NCBI GenBank assembly: GCA_965221875.1
Contig: OZ244920.1
Coordinates: 822,824-886,823, forward strand
Origin: Thermodesulfobacteriota bacterium
Lineage (GTDB): Bacteria; Desulfobacterota_D; UBA1144; Nemesobacterales; Nemesobacteraceae
DNA: 64,000 nucleotides
Direction: 5' to 3'
Under the pieces are notes generated by a model that was given only the letters and a program-made list of their open reading frames with translations, had not been told where the DNA came from and did not search any database. The stretch's first letter is position 1. Each line of letters opens with the position of its first letter. The translations under genes were made by a program, and so were the position numbers. Below are positions 1 to 8,949 of this stretch, piece after piece.

Positions 1-251
1 TGGTGATCAAGGTTCTCCCATTTCGGACCTCCCACGGCTCCCAGAAGCACTGCGTCGCTTTTTTTTGCCTTCTCTATGGTTTCTTCTGTTACCGGGACAC
101 CGTGCGCGTCTATGGCGCATCCGCCGAGAAGATCATTTTCAAGCGTGAACTCAATACCGTTTCTCTCGCCGACGGTCTTGAGTATTGACACACTGATTTC
201 GGTTACTTCGACTCCTATCCCGTCTCCCGGGACCACTAGTATCTTAGGCAA
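1..251 (-). CDS. leuB: 3-isopropylmalate dehydrogenase, N-terminal part (gene continues beyond window start)
   Basis: Not in the ORF track because it runs off the window. Minus-strand translation from TTG at 249-251 gives MPKILVVPGDGIGVEVTE...LGGCAIDAHGVPVTEETIEKAKKSDAVLLGAVGGPKWENLDH, the classic LeuB/IDH-family N-terminus. GAGGAA lies upstream of the start. Confidence 0.75.
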   Translation of the reverse strand, partial: MPKILVVPGDGIGVEVTEISVSILKTVGERNGIEFTLENDLLGGCAIDAHGVPVTEETIEKAKKSDAVLLGAVGGPKWENLDH

Positions 252-362
252 TTTCTGGTTTCCTCTGTGTTTTGTGATTTTTTCAGGGCATTAACCTACC
301 TGAACCATTGCTAACTCAGAAGCTCCACGGGCCGCCGCTAGACACAAGACAATCCGGACCGG

Positions 363-1124
363 CTACCGGGCGACGCGGTTTACGAGTCTTCCGATTCCCT
401 CGATTTCCACTTCAACTACGTCTCCCGGGCTCATGGGGCTTATCCCGGAGGGGGTTCCGGTTGCTATTATGTCTCCGGGAAGAAGTGTCATAACCTTGGA
501 TATGAAGCTTACGAGTTCGGGGACGCTGAATATCAGGTTTTTCGTGCTTGAGTTCTGCTTTACTTCGCCGTTTAGAAAAGTTTTTATGGGAATGTCCGCG
601 GGATCAACTTCCGTTTCTATAAAGGGTCCTATAGGGGCGAAAGTGTCAAAACCCTTGCCCCTTGTGAACTGTATGTCCTTTGCTTGGAGGTCTCTTGCGG
701 TCACGTCGTTTATGCAGGTATATCCGAAGACATATTCAAGAGCCTGCTCCCTCTCGACCATGTGGGCTCTTTTCCCTATCACGACTCCGAGCTCTCCTTC
801 GTAATCTACCCTGCTCGACATGTGCGCCGGGTATTTTATCTCTTGCTGGTGTGCGATGACCGCCGTTGAGGGCTTCATAAACAGCATGGGATCTTCGGGA
901 GGAGTTCTGTTCATCTCCTTTGCGTGATCCTCGTAGTTTAGCCCGACGGCTATGACTTTGGTCGGGAGACAGGGAGCAAGCGGCGTTATATCCGCATAAT
1001 CGTATTTCGTGTCCGTTACGGAATATTTCCCGAAGATCTTTCCTTCTATCTCAAAAACCGATCCGTCTAGGTATTTTCCGAATACTGGTTTTTCTTCGGC
1101 GTTATTGAACCTGAGGAATTTCAT
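363..1124 (-). CDS. fumarylacetoacetate hydrolase (FAH) family protein
   Basis: 253 aa with FAH-domain patterns: VIAVGLNYEDHAKE, DYEGELGVVIGK, INDVTARDLQ, FTRGKGFDTFAPIGP, PGDIIATGTPSG. Confidence 0.85.
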   Translation of the reverse strand: MKFLRFNNAEEKPVFGKYLDGSVFEIEGKIFGKYSVTDTKYDYADITPLAPCLPTKVIAVGLNYEDHAKEMNRTPPEDPMLFMKPSTAVIAHQQEIKYPAHMSSRVDYEGELGVVIGKRAHMVEREQALEYVFGYTCINDVTARDLQAKDIQFTRGKGFDTFAPIGPFIETEVDPADIPIKTFLNGEVKQNSSTKNLIFSVPELVSFISKVMTLLPGDIIATGTPSGISPMSPGDVVEVEIEGIGRLVNRVAR

Positions 1125-1404
1125 CGTGCGTTTTGTTTAAATGCAAATTATTGTAAAGCTCAGAGCATTTATTCTATTTGAAATAATAGCTGCAAAGCAG
1201 AATACATGAACGGTGTGGAAACCAAAATCAACCAAAAAAGGTATGAGACCGCAAAATATACTTGGGTTTTATAATGCACGGAAGAAACACGGGAGACAAT
1301 ATCTATTTCAGGTGTTTTTGCAGTAGGTCGAGCGCATCCGAAATTTCATCCATGTCCGGCAGGTCGCCATAGACCAAACTGGAAAAGTTCATTAAGCCAT
1401 GAAT

Positions 1405-2142
1405 TCAGTAAATGACTTTTTTGAGAAAGAGTCCACTGGAGGGGGAGGTGAAAACGTTTTTTGTCTTTTGCCCTCCCGTGAGTATTTGGCCGAACCCCTC
1501 AGGGGTGAGTTTTCCCTTTCCCGTTTCCACGAGGGTTCCGGTTATCATTCGCACCATTCTTTTAAGAAACCCGTCCGCCTCTATTTCAATCAGTATTATT
1601 CCTTCACGGGTTTTCTTGACGTGAACCTGTTTTACCTTGCGTACGGTGGTTTTCACCGTTATGTCAGCCGTGGCGAAAACGGAAAAGTCATGCGTTCCCT
1701 CAAGATAGGTGGCGGCTTCTCTCATTTTTTTTGTATCGAGCCTCTCCTGGATGTGCCACACTCTGTTTCTCTGAAGCGCGGGGGGATGCGGCCTGTTGAA
1801 AATCCTGTATTCGTATACCTTGCTTCGGGAACTGAACTGCGCGTGAAAGCCGTCTGGGACCTCTTGGGCCTTGATGATTGATATGTCCCGGGGAAGTGTG
1901 GAATTAAGCGCTTTTCGCAGGGTCTCGGAATCCATCTGGGTTTCAATGAAGAAATTCGCCACCTGGCCAATGGCATGCACTCCCGCGTCCGTTCTTCCGG
2001 AACCCGTTATCTTAACATTTTCTCTGGTGATCTGCCGGATGGCGTCCTCTATCGTCTTCTGTACCGTGGGAAGCTCTGCCTGACACTGCCAGCCGTGGTA
2101 GTCCGTACCGTCATACTCAATGATTATTTTTACGTTTTTCAT
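1405..2142 (-). CDS. truA: tRNA pseudouridine(38-40) synthase TruA
   Basis: 245 aa. N-terminus is IIEYDGTDYHGWQCQ and the catalytic motif is GSGRTDAGVHA. Confidence 0.9.
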   Translation of the reverse strand: MKNVKIIIEYDGTDYHGWQCQAELPTVQKTIEDAIRQITRENVKITGSGRTDAGVHAIGQVANFFIETQMDSETLRKALNSTLPRDISIIKAQEVPDGFHAQFSSRSKVYEYRIFNRPHPPALQRNRVWHIQERLDTKKMREAATYLEGTHDFSVFATADITVKTTVRKVKQVHVKKTREGIILIEIEADGFLKRMVRMITGTLVETGKGKLTPEGFGQILTGGQKTKNVFTSPSSGLFLKKVIY

Positions 2143-2164
2143 TTCCGTTTGCTTTTGCCTGTTA

Positions 2165-3100
2165 TCAGGCGACCGGCTCCTGCTTTCTAAGCTCTATTCT
2201 CGGATCAAGTATGGCGTAGAGGAGGTCGACAATAAGGTTTGCTATTACGAGCAGAAGTGCATAGATGATCGTTATTCCGAGGACAACGGAGTAATCCCTG
2301 TTTGCCACGGCAAAAACGAAAAATCTCCCTATTCCCGGTATCGCGAATATATGCTCAACAACAAAGGATCCCGTCACCAAGTAGGCGGTCAGGGGACCTA
2401 GCACCGTTACGACCGGTATAAGCGCGTTTCTCAGTATGTGCTTTGTGAATATCTTCGTTCTTCCAAGTCCCTTTGCCCTGGCGGTTCTTACGAAAAACTG
2501 GCCTGACACGTCAAGCATGTTGGAACGTACAAGCCTTGAGATATAGGCGAACGGGGCCAGGCTCAGGGTCAGTGCCGGAAGGACGATGTGTTTTGGCTCT
2601 CCCCAGAGGGCGGCCGGTAGAATCCCCCATTTAACGGAGAAAAAATATATAAGTGCTGCCCCGACGACGAAGCTCGGAACTGATACCAGCGACGTGGAGA
2701 TCAGCACGGAGACAATGTCGTGGATGCTTCTTGGAAACAGTGAGGAAATCATTCCGACCACTGTTCCCATAAAAAACGCTAGCACCAGAGACACCAACCC
2801 GAGCCCCATTGAGACCGGAAGCGTTTCCCTTATTATGTCGGTAACAGGTCTGTCGTCGTATTTGTAGGAAGGTCCGAAGTCACCGCGTGCCAGGTTTCCC
2901 ATGTAGATGAAGTATTGTTTATGCAGCGGCTTATCCATGTGATATTTCTTTTCAATGTTCTCGAGTATGTGCGGAGGGATACTTTTCTCGGCGTCGAAAG
3001 GGCCTCCGGGAAGCACTCTTAGTAGAAAGAAAGTTATGCTCGCAACCACGAGGATTACGACTGCTCCGGTCAGTATTCGAAAAGAGAGAAACTTAAGCAT
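2165..3100 (-). CDS. ABC transporter permease, DppB/OppB type
   Basis: 311 aa and multi-TM. N-terminal FLLRVLPGGPF and the RTARAKGL loop are typical of peptide/nickel ABC permeases. No OppA/C/D/F partner genes are adjacent. Confidence 0.8.
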   Translation of the reverse strand: MLKFLSFRILTGAVVILVVASITFFLLRVLPGGPFDAEKSIPPHILENIEKKYHMDKPLHKQYFIYMGNLARGDFGPSYKYDDRPVTDIIRETLPVSMGLGLVSLVLAFFMGTVVGMISSLFPRSIHDIVSVLISTSLVSVPSFVVGAALIYFFSVKWGILPAALWGEPKHIVLPALTLSLAPFAYISRLVRSNMLDVSGQFFVRTARAKGLGRTKIFTKHILRNALIPVVTVLGPLTAYLVTGSFVVEHIFAIPGIGRFFVFAVANRDYSVVLGITIIYALLLVIANLIVDLLYAILDPRIELRKQEPVA

Positions 3101-3152
3101 TGCTCTATCCCTTGGACTTCATCCGCGGTCTTCGGTGCGTGCGTGACTAAAC

Positions 3153-6095
3153 TCAGGAAAGATCTTTTCTTATGGCCAGAGTTCTTTTGGACGTCATCCC
3201 CTTTTCGTCCTTGGCCACTATAGTGAAAAGATTCATTCCTTCCTCGAGAGTTAAGGGAAAAAGCAGGGGAACATTGTTTTTTCCCGGTGTAAAAAGCTTT
3301 ACCTTATCGTCTTTTTTCCAAACCGAGACACTCTCTATGCGGTCAGTGTCCCTGACCGATCCTTCCACTGTTATTTTGGAAGCTCCTGTGGACATGGGGA
3401 AATCCGAAATCATGATGAAAGGGGGTTCTTCAAAGGTTTCTTCAAGAACTGAAATCTCCTGCCAGATGCCATCGGTTCCTTTCTCATCCGACGCTTCACC
3501 GGGCGGACCGTCGTAGCTTGCACGAGCAACCTTGATGGTCTTTTCTTCAACCCAGCCTGCTAGAGAGTTCTTTCCCTCAATCCGTATCCATCGCCCTGAA
3601 GTGCCGAGAACTTTTACCGTGGAATTTTTTTGTGCCACGGCCACTTCAGGAGCTTCGAGGAAAGTTCCCCCAAGTATGGAGCTTGAGTCCTTGAACAGGG
3701 CAGTTTTCTTTGCGGAAGAAGGGGAAAACGGTCTTTCCTGTGCGGAGACGGGCAGGATTATTTTCTGTGTTTTTATTTCCCGGAAGTTCTCATCCATTAC
3801 GAGAAACTCGAATTCCGTTTCACCGACTTCCCCGCTCTGCCTGAAACGAAAAGGGGCGAGCCTGGTTTCCCCTGGACGGAAATTCTCAATCTCAACTCTT
3901 CCTTTTTCAAGAAACACGTCATTACCCGAAAGGTTCTTAAGAGTTGCGATTGTCTTTTCAGATGTTCCCTCTCCGGTATTTTTCAATTTTATGTTGAGTA
4001 CTATCGTTTCTTCAAGTTCCGCATGGCCATTTCCGTTGCCCTTGCTTTCGAATCTCCCGTCGTCCACTACTTCGTGGTTGTAGGAATAGACGGGACGCTT
4101 GTCCGCCACGGTTTTTACGAGCAGGTTTTCTTCCGTAAAGGTTTTGTTCTCCGAACTCGTGAAAATGAGCTTGATACTATCCTCTCTGGTGGTAACCCAC
4201 TTGGGAACGGAAAACTTTACTCTTGAACTCTTGCTCTGTCCGGGGAGCAGTTTCCCGAACAAAAGCTCTCCATCGCTGTAAATGCAGTTCTCACAATCGG
4301 TAACGCCGCTGAGCCTGTATATCGGGTCGGGGCTGGAATTTGTCACTTTTATCTCAAGAAAACTTTCTTCCCCGGCCCGGAAAACTGTTTTCGAGGGAAC
4401 CGTTTGGACCGACACGGAAGGCTTTTTCGTTTCACCGGCAGACCAGTCGACTCCTGTATTTTCAATCCGCGTTCTGATTTCTTCAAGCTGGGCGTTGGAA
4501 AAATCGGTAGCTGTTTCATACATCTGTTCCCTGGTTTCTGCCAGAAGCATCCTGCTTGAAAGTTCTACGTAAAAATCATTTTTTAGCTTCTCAAGCTTCT
4601 GAGCTTTCGTAAGCGATTCGTCCGGCTGGATTTCATCCTCGTCTTCTTCTTCGGGTGCCAGGCTCTCGTCGATGTACTTGATCGTGAAATCAGGGGTTGG
4701 CAGATCTGCCTCCTCCCCCCCGTTTTCTCTTTTTTCGGGTAAAGGGTTATAGACGACCTTGTCTTCGGTTACCACTGATCCCTGAAGAAGAATGTCGGGG
4801 GTTATGCCGCTGTCCTGGATGGAGATGTTGCCCGGGGTAAGATACTTTGCTATTGTGAGTTTCAGCGCGGCGCCGTCTTCAAATTCGAAAACCTTCTGGA
4901 CTGATCCCTTGCCGAAGGACCTTTTCCCTATCACAAGCGCTCTTTTGTTGTTTTTGAGCGCTCCGGCCACTATTTCTGACGCACTTGCGCTTCCCTGGTC
5001 CACAAGCACTATCACATTTCCCTTGTACTCAGGCTGCTTTGCCTTCGCTCTGTAGGTCTTGGTATAGTCCCTTGCTTTAGTTGTCATTATCGTTCCCGAG
5101 GAGAGGAAGAGGTCGGCTACTTTCTCTGCCTCTGAGAGAAGACCTCCGGGGTTTCCTCTGAGATCGAGGATTATTCCGTTAATTGGGTAAGATCGGCTGC
5201 TTATCTCTTTTTTTAGATCCGAAGACGTGTTTTTCTGGAAATTTCTTATTCTCAGGTAAAGAATGTCGTTTTCAAGATCAAACCCTTCGACGCTTTCTAT
5301 CTTTATAGTGTCTCTTACTATCGAAAATTTCCGGGGCTTGGAAAAATTTTTTCTCGAGATAAGAAGGTTTACCTTGGTCCCCTTCTTGCCTCTCAGTTTC
5401 CCTACAGCTTCGAGAAGAGGCATGTTTATGGTCGACTCGTTTTCTATCTGTACGATCTGATCTTTGGTTTTTATCCCTGACCTGTAAGCCGGTGTGCCTT
5501 CTATTGGAGATATAACGGTCAGCTGGCCATCTCTTATGCCAACTACTATTCCGAGCCCTCCGAAACTTCCCTCGGTGTCTATTAGAAACTCCTTGTAGAT
5601 ATCCGGCGGAATCATCGCGGAGTGGGGATCAAGGACCTTCAGCATGCTGTCCGATATTGAATATTCTATGTTTTTGACGGTGCGATCTTCGGTCCCTGTG
5701 TTAGAAAGCACAAAAGACACGACTTGGCCCAGAATGCTTGTGACGTCGTTTGTGGATGGCGACTCCTTTTCTCTGAATTTCTTTGCCTTCTCCTTTACGT
5801 GAACGGCGAAGACATTGCCCCGGTCTTGCGGAAATTCCACCAGCACATCGTCAAGAAAGGTTTCAAGGCTGGAGACCGCTTTTTCAAGCATTTTCGCATT
5901 GTCGATCTTGCTTTTGTCCAGATAGAACTTGTTTACGTGCTTGAGGGTGTCCTCGGCGATTTTTATGCTCTGACTGTTGTATTTGCGGTCAAGACTGACC
6001 GGTTCGGCGACAAGAAAAAAAGATAGGACTATAATGGTTCCCAAGGCAAGCGCCAAGTACCCGTTTTTGAGAAAGTTAGGGATTTTTTCAGACAA
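3153..6095 (-). CDS. large S41-family C-terminal processing peptidase with long C-terminal extension
   Basis: 980 aa, TTG start, N-terminal TM. PDZ region is GGLGIVVG...GTPAYRSGIKTKDQIVQI. S41 core includes LDLRGNPGG, GSASASEIVAGAL and SFGKGSVQ. About 500 extra C-terminal residues follow, including an SH3b-like segment (GRWIRIEGKNSLAGWVEE). Confidence 0.8.
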   Translation of the reverse strand: MSEKIPNFLKNGYLALALGTIIVLSFFLVAEPVSLDRKYNSQSIKIAEDTLKHVNKFYLDKSKIDNAKMLEKAVSSLETFLDDVLVEFPQDRGNVFAVHVKEKAKKFREKESPSTNDVTSILGQVVSFVLSNTGTEDRTVKNIEYSISDSMLKVLDPHSAMIPPDIYKEFLIDTEGSFGGLGIVVGIRDGQLTVISPIEGTPAYRSGIKTKDQIVQIENESTINMPLLEAVGKLRGKKGTKVNLLISRKNFSKPRKFSIVRDTIKIESVEGFDLENDILYLRIRNFQKNTSSDLKKEISSRSYPINGIILDLRGNPGGLLSEAEKVADLFLSSGTIMTTKARDYTKTYRAKAKQPEYKGNVIVLVDQGSASASEIVAGALKNNKRALVIGKRSFGKGSVQKVFEFEDGAALKLTIAKYLTPGNISIQDSGITPDILLQGSVVTEDKVVYNPLPEKRENGGEEADLPTPDFTIKYIDESLAPEEEDEDEIQPDESLTKAQKLEKLKNDFYVELSSRMLLAETREQMYETATDFSNAQLEEIRTRIENTGVDWSAGETKKPSVSVQTVPSKTVFRAGEESFLEIKVTNSSPDPIYRLSGVTDCENCIYSDGELLFGKLLPGQSKSSRVKFSVPKWVTTREDSIKLIFTSSENKTFTEENLLVKTVADKRPVYSYNHEVVDDGRFESKGNGNGHAELEETIVLNIKLKNTGEGTSEKTIATLKNLSGNDVFLEKGRVEIENFRPGETRLAPFRFRQSGEVGETEFEFLVMDENFREIKTQKIILPVSAQERPFSPSSAKKTALFKDSSSILGGTFLEAPEVAVAQKNSTVKVLGTSGRWIRIEGKNSLAGWVEEKTIKVARASYDGPPGEASDEKGTDGIWQEISVLEETFEEPPFIMISDFPMSTGASKITVEGSVRDTDRIESVSVWKKDDKVKLFTPGKNNVPLLFPLTLEEGMNLFTIVAKDEKGMTSKRTLAIRKDLS

Positions 6096-6139
6096 TTTAG
6101 GTCACCGTCCCGGAAGCTCTATTATCAATTATAAAGCAG

Positions 6140-6148
6140 ATTATATCA
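6140..6148 (-). promoter_or_regulatory. candidate extended -10 promoter (TGaTATAAT) for the S41 peptidase gene
   Basis: The minus strand reads TGATATAAT about 45 nt upstream of the TTG start, immediately downstream of the AmiS-like terminator. No good -35 hexamer. Confidence 0.35.
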
Positions 6149-6190
6149 AACCGCTTGGTTGAGGGACTGGTGGGGGGAGGAAGAGAAAAG

Positions 6191-6238
6191 CAAAAAACAA
6201 CGGGCAGAGCGAATTGCTTATAATTCGCTCTGCCCGTT
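6191..6238 (-). terminator. rho-independent terminator downstream of the AmiS/UreI-like gene
   Basis: Perfect 17-bp inverted repeat AACGGGCAGAGCGAATT / AATTCGCTCTGCCCGTT (6199-6215 / 6222-6238) with a 6-nt loop, followed on the minus strand by GTTTTTTG. Confidence 0.75.
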
Positions 6239-6269
6239 AATTTGGTATATCAGCTAAAAATTATGAATT

Positions 6270-6794
6270 TTAGCCTGGTACTCCACCGAGAGGATTCCAC
6301 TTCTCTGTAAGCAGAAGCATTCCCGGTATCAACAGAGTCACAATGGACTCTATTATGAACAGATAGGCTATCGGTTTGCCAAGATCCTTGCCCTGCGAGA
6401 ACGCAAAGAAGCAAAGAAGCACAAGCAAAGCCCAAGCCCAGCAGAAGTACGCAAAGTACGCAAGCCCAAGCGCCTGGAAATGAGCTCCGTACCATATAAA
6501 CACTACCGTAGCGAAAAGACAGTACACTCCCAGCCCTTTCGCGTCATGTCCGTGTACGAATACCGCGTAAACTATCAGGTATATCAATGCAAATACCGAC
6601 ACAAGCGCGGTAGCCGCCGTAAGACCTAGGGTGTGCAACTTCCATGCGGCAATCGCTATAAGAACGCCGACTCCGAGATTGAGCACGCCCACTTCTTTCG
6701 CTCCCGTTTTACCCAAAAGGGTCATTCCGTTCGCAAAGAACACGAATCCTACGAGCAGCAAAACGTAACCTAACAAAGCTTCTATTGGAACCAT
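6270..6794 (-). CDS. AmiS/UreI-family channel (urea/short-chain amide transporter-like)
   Basis: 174 aa, about 6 TM. By-eye similarity to H. pylori UreI at both ends: LLGYVLLLVGFVFFANGMTLLGK vs MLGLVLLYVGIVLISNGICGLTK, and GKPIAYLFIIESIVTLLIPGMLLL vs GKFTPWLAIIEGILTAWIPAWLLF. Confidence 0.65.
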   Translation of the reverse strand: MVPIEALLGYVLLLVGFVFFANGMTLLGKTGAKEVGVLNLGVGVLIAIAAWKLHTLGLTAATALVSVFALIYLIVYAVFVHGHDAKGLGVYCLFATVVFIWYGAHFQALGLAYFAYFCWAWALLVLLCFFAFSQGKDLGKPIAYLFIIESIVTLLIPGMLLLTEKWNPLGGVPG

Positions 6795-6860
6795 AATTAA
6801 CCATACCTCCTGTATGAAATCATAACCGTTCCTTGCCCTCTACATCAGGGCTTATTACAG

Positions 6861-6890
6861 TTTCTATCACAGATCGACACTCAATGTCAA
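6861..6890 (-). promoter_or_regulatory. candidate sigma70 promoter for the AmiS/UreI-like gene
   Basis: Minus strand reads TTGACA, an 18-nt spacer, then TGaTAGAAA. It lies about 65 nt upstream of the ATG, and AGGAGG precedes the start. Confidence 0.3.
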
Positions 6891-7231
6891 GCATAATTTT
6901 GGCCAAAGGCAATCCGGGTGCTTTATCTTAAGTTATGAAGTAAATAACTTCTTATCCTCATAAGTTAGCCCGATTTTTCGCTGTTTTTGGATCATCAGAG
7001 GCGGTTTATCTTTCCAGAATCGTTCTTGCACCTTAAAAACTGACAGTCTATCTTATTTTACTGTGACTCGATTAGCTATTATTGAAAGGCTATTCCGGGT
7101 AATTCGCCCTCGTCTTAATCCGGCTGTGCAAGCCCCCTCAGAAGTGGAGGTCAGTAGAGCCTGCAAAGCCAATTCTCCTTTTGGGATCTTGACAGAGTTA
7201 AAATAATGAAGTTCTTAACTTAGGGTTTTTA

Positions 7232-7240
7232 TGGTATAAT
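7232..7240 (+). promoter_or_regulatory. candidate extended -10 promoter (TGgTATAAT) for the RHH-like gene
   Basis: TGGTATAAT lies 44 nt upstream of the ATG at 7284. AAGGAGG SD at 7271-7277. TTGCC-N18-GGCAA inverted repeat (7240-7267) spans the predicted transcription start. Confidence 0.45.
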
Positions 7241-7283
7241 TGCCTTCTAAAAGATCGTTTTTGGCAAACGAAGGAGGAATACT

Positions 7284-7664
7284 ATGCCTGATGAAAAGAC
7301 GAGTGAGGGAGTAAACCCGAATATCTGGATAAGGCCGCCTGAAGAAAAAGCCATTAAGGACGGTATTACGGGCACTGCACGGGATTCGAAACCCGAAACT
7401 CCGCCGAAATACAAAACCTTTGACGTACTTACGTTGAGGATAAGCAGTGAAGATTTCGAATTTCTTCAAAAGCTCGAAAGAGAGATAATGAAAAACCGTT
7501 CCAAGGAAAACAGAAAGGAGAGAATAACAAAAAACAGCATTATCCGGGCAATGCTCGCCTGTCTTAAGAACGTAAAATTCGACAGCAAAGACATTCCAGA
7601 TGAAAATGAACTTCGGATCAGGATGATGAGAGGCTTAAAAGACCTTCCTCCTTGGCTGTTTTAA
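7284..7664 (+). CDS. small ribbon-helix-helix-like DNA-binding protein (hypothetical)
   Basis: 126 aa with a perfect SD. The central segment FDVLTLRISSEDFEFLQKLEREIM...ERITKNSIIRAMLACL has the beta-strand/helix/helix pattern of CopG/Arc/MetJ proteins. No specific family recognised. Confidence 0.5.
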   Translation: MPDEKTSEGVNPNIWIRPPEEKAIKDGITGTARDSKPETPPKYKTFDVLTLRISSEDFEFLQKLEREIMKNRSKENRKERITKNSIIRAMLACLKNVKFDSKDIPDENELRIRMMRGLKDLPPWLF

Positions 7665-7770
7665 CCTTTTTGTTTCATGATTTTGCCCTCAAATACCTTG
7701 TAAAATTCATGAGTTTGCAGCTTGTTACTGAAGAAACCGGAAATGTTGCTTTAAGTATGAAAAAAAGTAC

Positions 7771-7800
7771 TTGACAAAGGGGTGGGAGGTTTGATTAAAT
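7771..7800 (+). promoter_or_regulatory. candidate sigma70 promoter of the ADC-like gene pair
   Basis: TTGACA (7771-7776), an 18-nt spacer, then TGaTTAAAT (7792-7800). This leaves a leader of about 135 nt before the ATG at 7939. Confidence 0.45.
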
Positions 7801-7938
7801 GTAAATCGGGTGAGGTTGCGTCTATTCGCATCCAACAGAACTACCAACATTTTGTTAACAGGGGAGAGGGGATGTCGGTAGAGGTATGGAATGGGTGGTG
7901 AGTTTTGGCCCAAATCTACAATGAAGGAGGCTTATAAT

Positions 7939-8919
7939 ATGAGCCATAGTCATTTAAACGTCCCAACGAAGTACTGGGAGTTGACGAAAGAGGTCCCGCC
8001 CCCTCCGATAGAGCGGGATATCAAGTCATGGATCATAGCGAATCCGTCGGATCCGCTGTGGGACATAGACGTGCTGCCGCTGACATACACGGACAGCAGG
8101 TGGTCAGCATTTGTAGTGAGGTGCGACGAGGCAACTCGGAGCCGTCTGTGCCCGAATCCCCCGTTGCAGGTATGGGATGGCGAGAATGCAGACCTGGTAG
8201 AGTTTTGGTATGTGGATCACAAGAACACGATGTTAGGTCCATACCTTGAGTTTGGTGTGACTGTGTCTGCCACGTACACGGATCCTGACGGGAACGTGTG
8301 GAAGGCGGGGTACTATCCGTATATGTATCTTACGGGAGACGCGCCTGTGGACGCGGGTCGTGTGCTTGGATTTCCAAAGAAGATGTCGTACATCAGATGT
8401 ACGGTGCACGGTGGAGAGAAGGGGACGGACTTCTTTGGATTTGCGATGAGTCGTAACGGATACCTGATGCACAGCGCAACGGGTCAGTTTGACGACAAGC
8501 AGGTAACACCTCCGTATTTCTATGGGAAGACGGACTGGGGTAAGTTCAACATGAAGGTGATAACGCGTCCGGACGTATCAAGTTCGGAGTGGCAGTTGAC
8601 GTATCTGCCATCAGCGTTGCCGCCTCCGTTTGACAGCATGATTCAGGGGCACAGGTTCAAGATAAAGCCGGAGCATACCAGGACGGCAAGCGGAGACGCT
8701 ATCAACTGGTTCATGCAGGCGACTCCGTTTGACAACATGGGAGCGGAGCTGAAGATTCAGGAAGTAACTGGATTGATTTCGTTTGTGTTCGACCTGGTAA
8801 TACCGCCAGCGGTAGTGCTGTGGACGGAGACATATGAGAGGCCGGCAAGTTATCGAGGATATGCCACGCCATACAAGTATGGGTTGAGGCAGCAGTTCCC
8901 GATCAGTCAGGGTTCATAA
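7939..8919 (+). CDS. acetoacetate decarboxylase (ADC) family protein, extended paralog 1
   Basis: The ORF opens at 7891, but AAGGAGG at 7924-7930 favours the ATG at 7939 (326 aa). ADC-family motifs include VEFWYV, LGPYLEFGV and YPYMYLTGDAPVDAGRVLGFPKKMSY, compared with C. acetobutylicum ADC YLHMMYLDNEPAIAVGRELSAYPKKLGY. Confidence 0.8.
   Translation: MSHSHLNVPTKYWELTKEVPPPPIERDIKSWIIANPSDPLWDIDVLPLTYTDSRWSAFVVRCDEATRSRLCPNPPLQVWDGENADLVEFWYVDHKNTMLGPYLEFGVTVSATYTDPDGNVWKAGYYPYMYLTGDAPVDAGRVLGFPKKMSYIRCTVHGGEKGTDFFGFAMSRNGYLMHSATGQFDDKQVTPPYFYGKTDWGKFNMKVITRPDVSSSEWQLTYLPSALPPPFDSMIQGHRFKIKPEHTRTASGDAINWFMQATPFDNMGAELKIQEVTGLISFVFDLVIPPAVVLWTETYERPASYRGYATPYKYGLRQQFPISQGS
8218..8244 (+). repeat. 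27-nt block identical to 9211-9237 (paralog 2)
   Basis: CACAAGAACACGATGTTAGGTCCATAC is present in both ADC-like genes and encodes HKNTMLGPY. Confidence 0.9.
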
Positions 8920-8949
8920 TAAATAAAAGTTTAAGGAGGTAAGACCATA

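Noticed and set aside
3-294. Two plus-strand ORFs of 61 and 72 aa at the window start
   Set aside because: The minus strand here encodes a textbook LeuB N-terminus, so the plus-strand ORFs are shadows.
1303-1392. 29-codon minus-strand ORF (MNFSSLVYGDLPDMDEISDALDLLQKHLK) just downstream of truA
   Set aside because: It is too short to support without conservation or expression data, and it has no SD. It is likely chance.
6795-7283. Possible replication origin at the strand-switch and long intergenic region
   Set aside because: Only one near-consensus DnaA box (TTATCCTCA near 6952) is present. There is no cluster of boxes, no marked AT-rich unwinding element and no dnaA/dnaN nearby.
7891-7938. 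Longer N-terminus (MGGEFWPKSTMKEAYN) for ADC-like paralog 1
   Set aside because: The AAGGAGG SD lies inside this extension, 8 nt before the ATG at 7939. The shorter form also matches the length and N-terminus of paralog 2.
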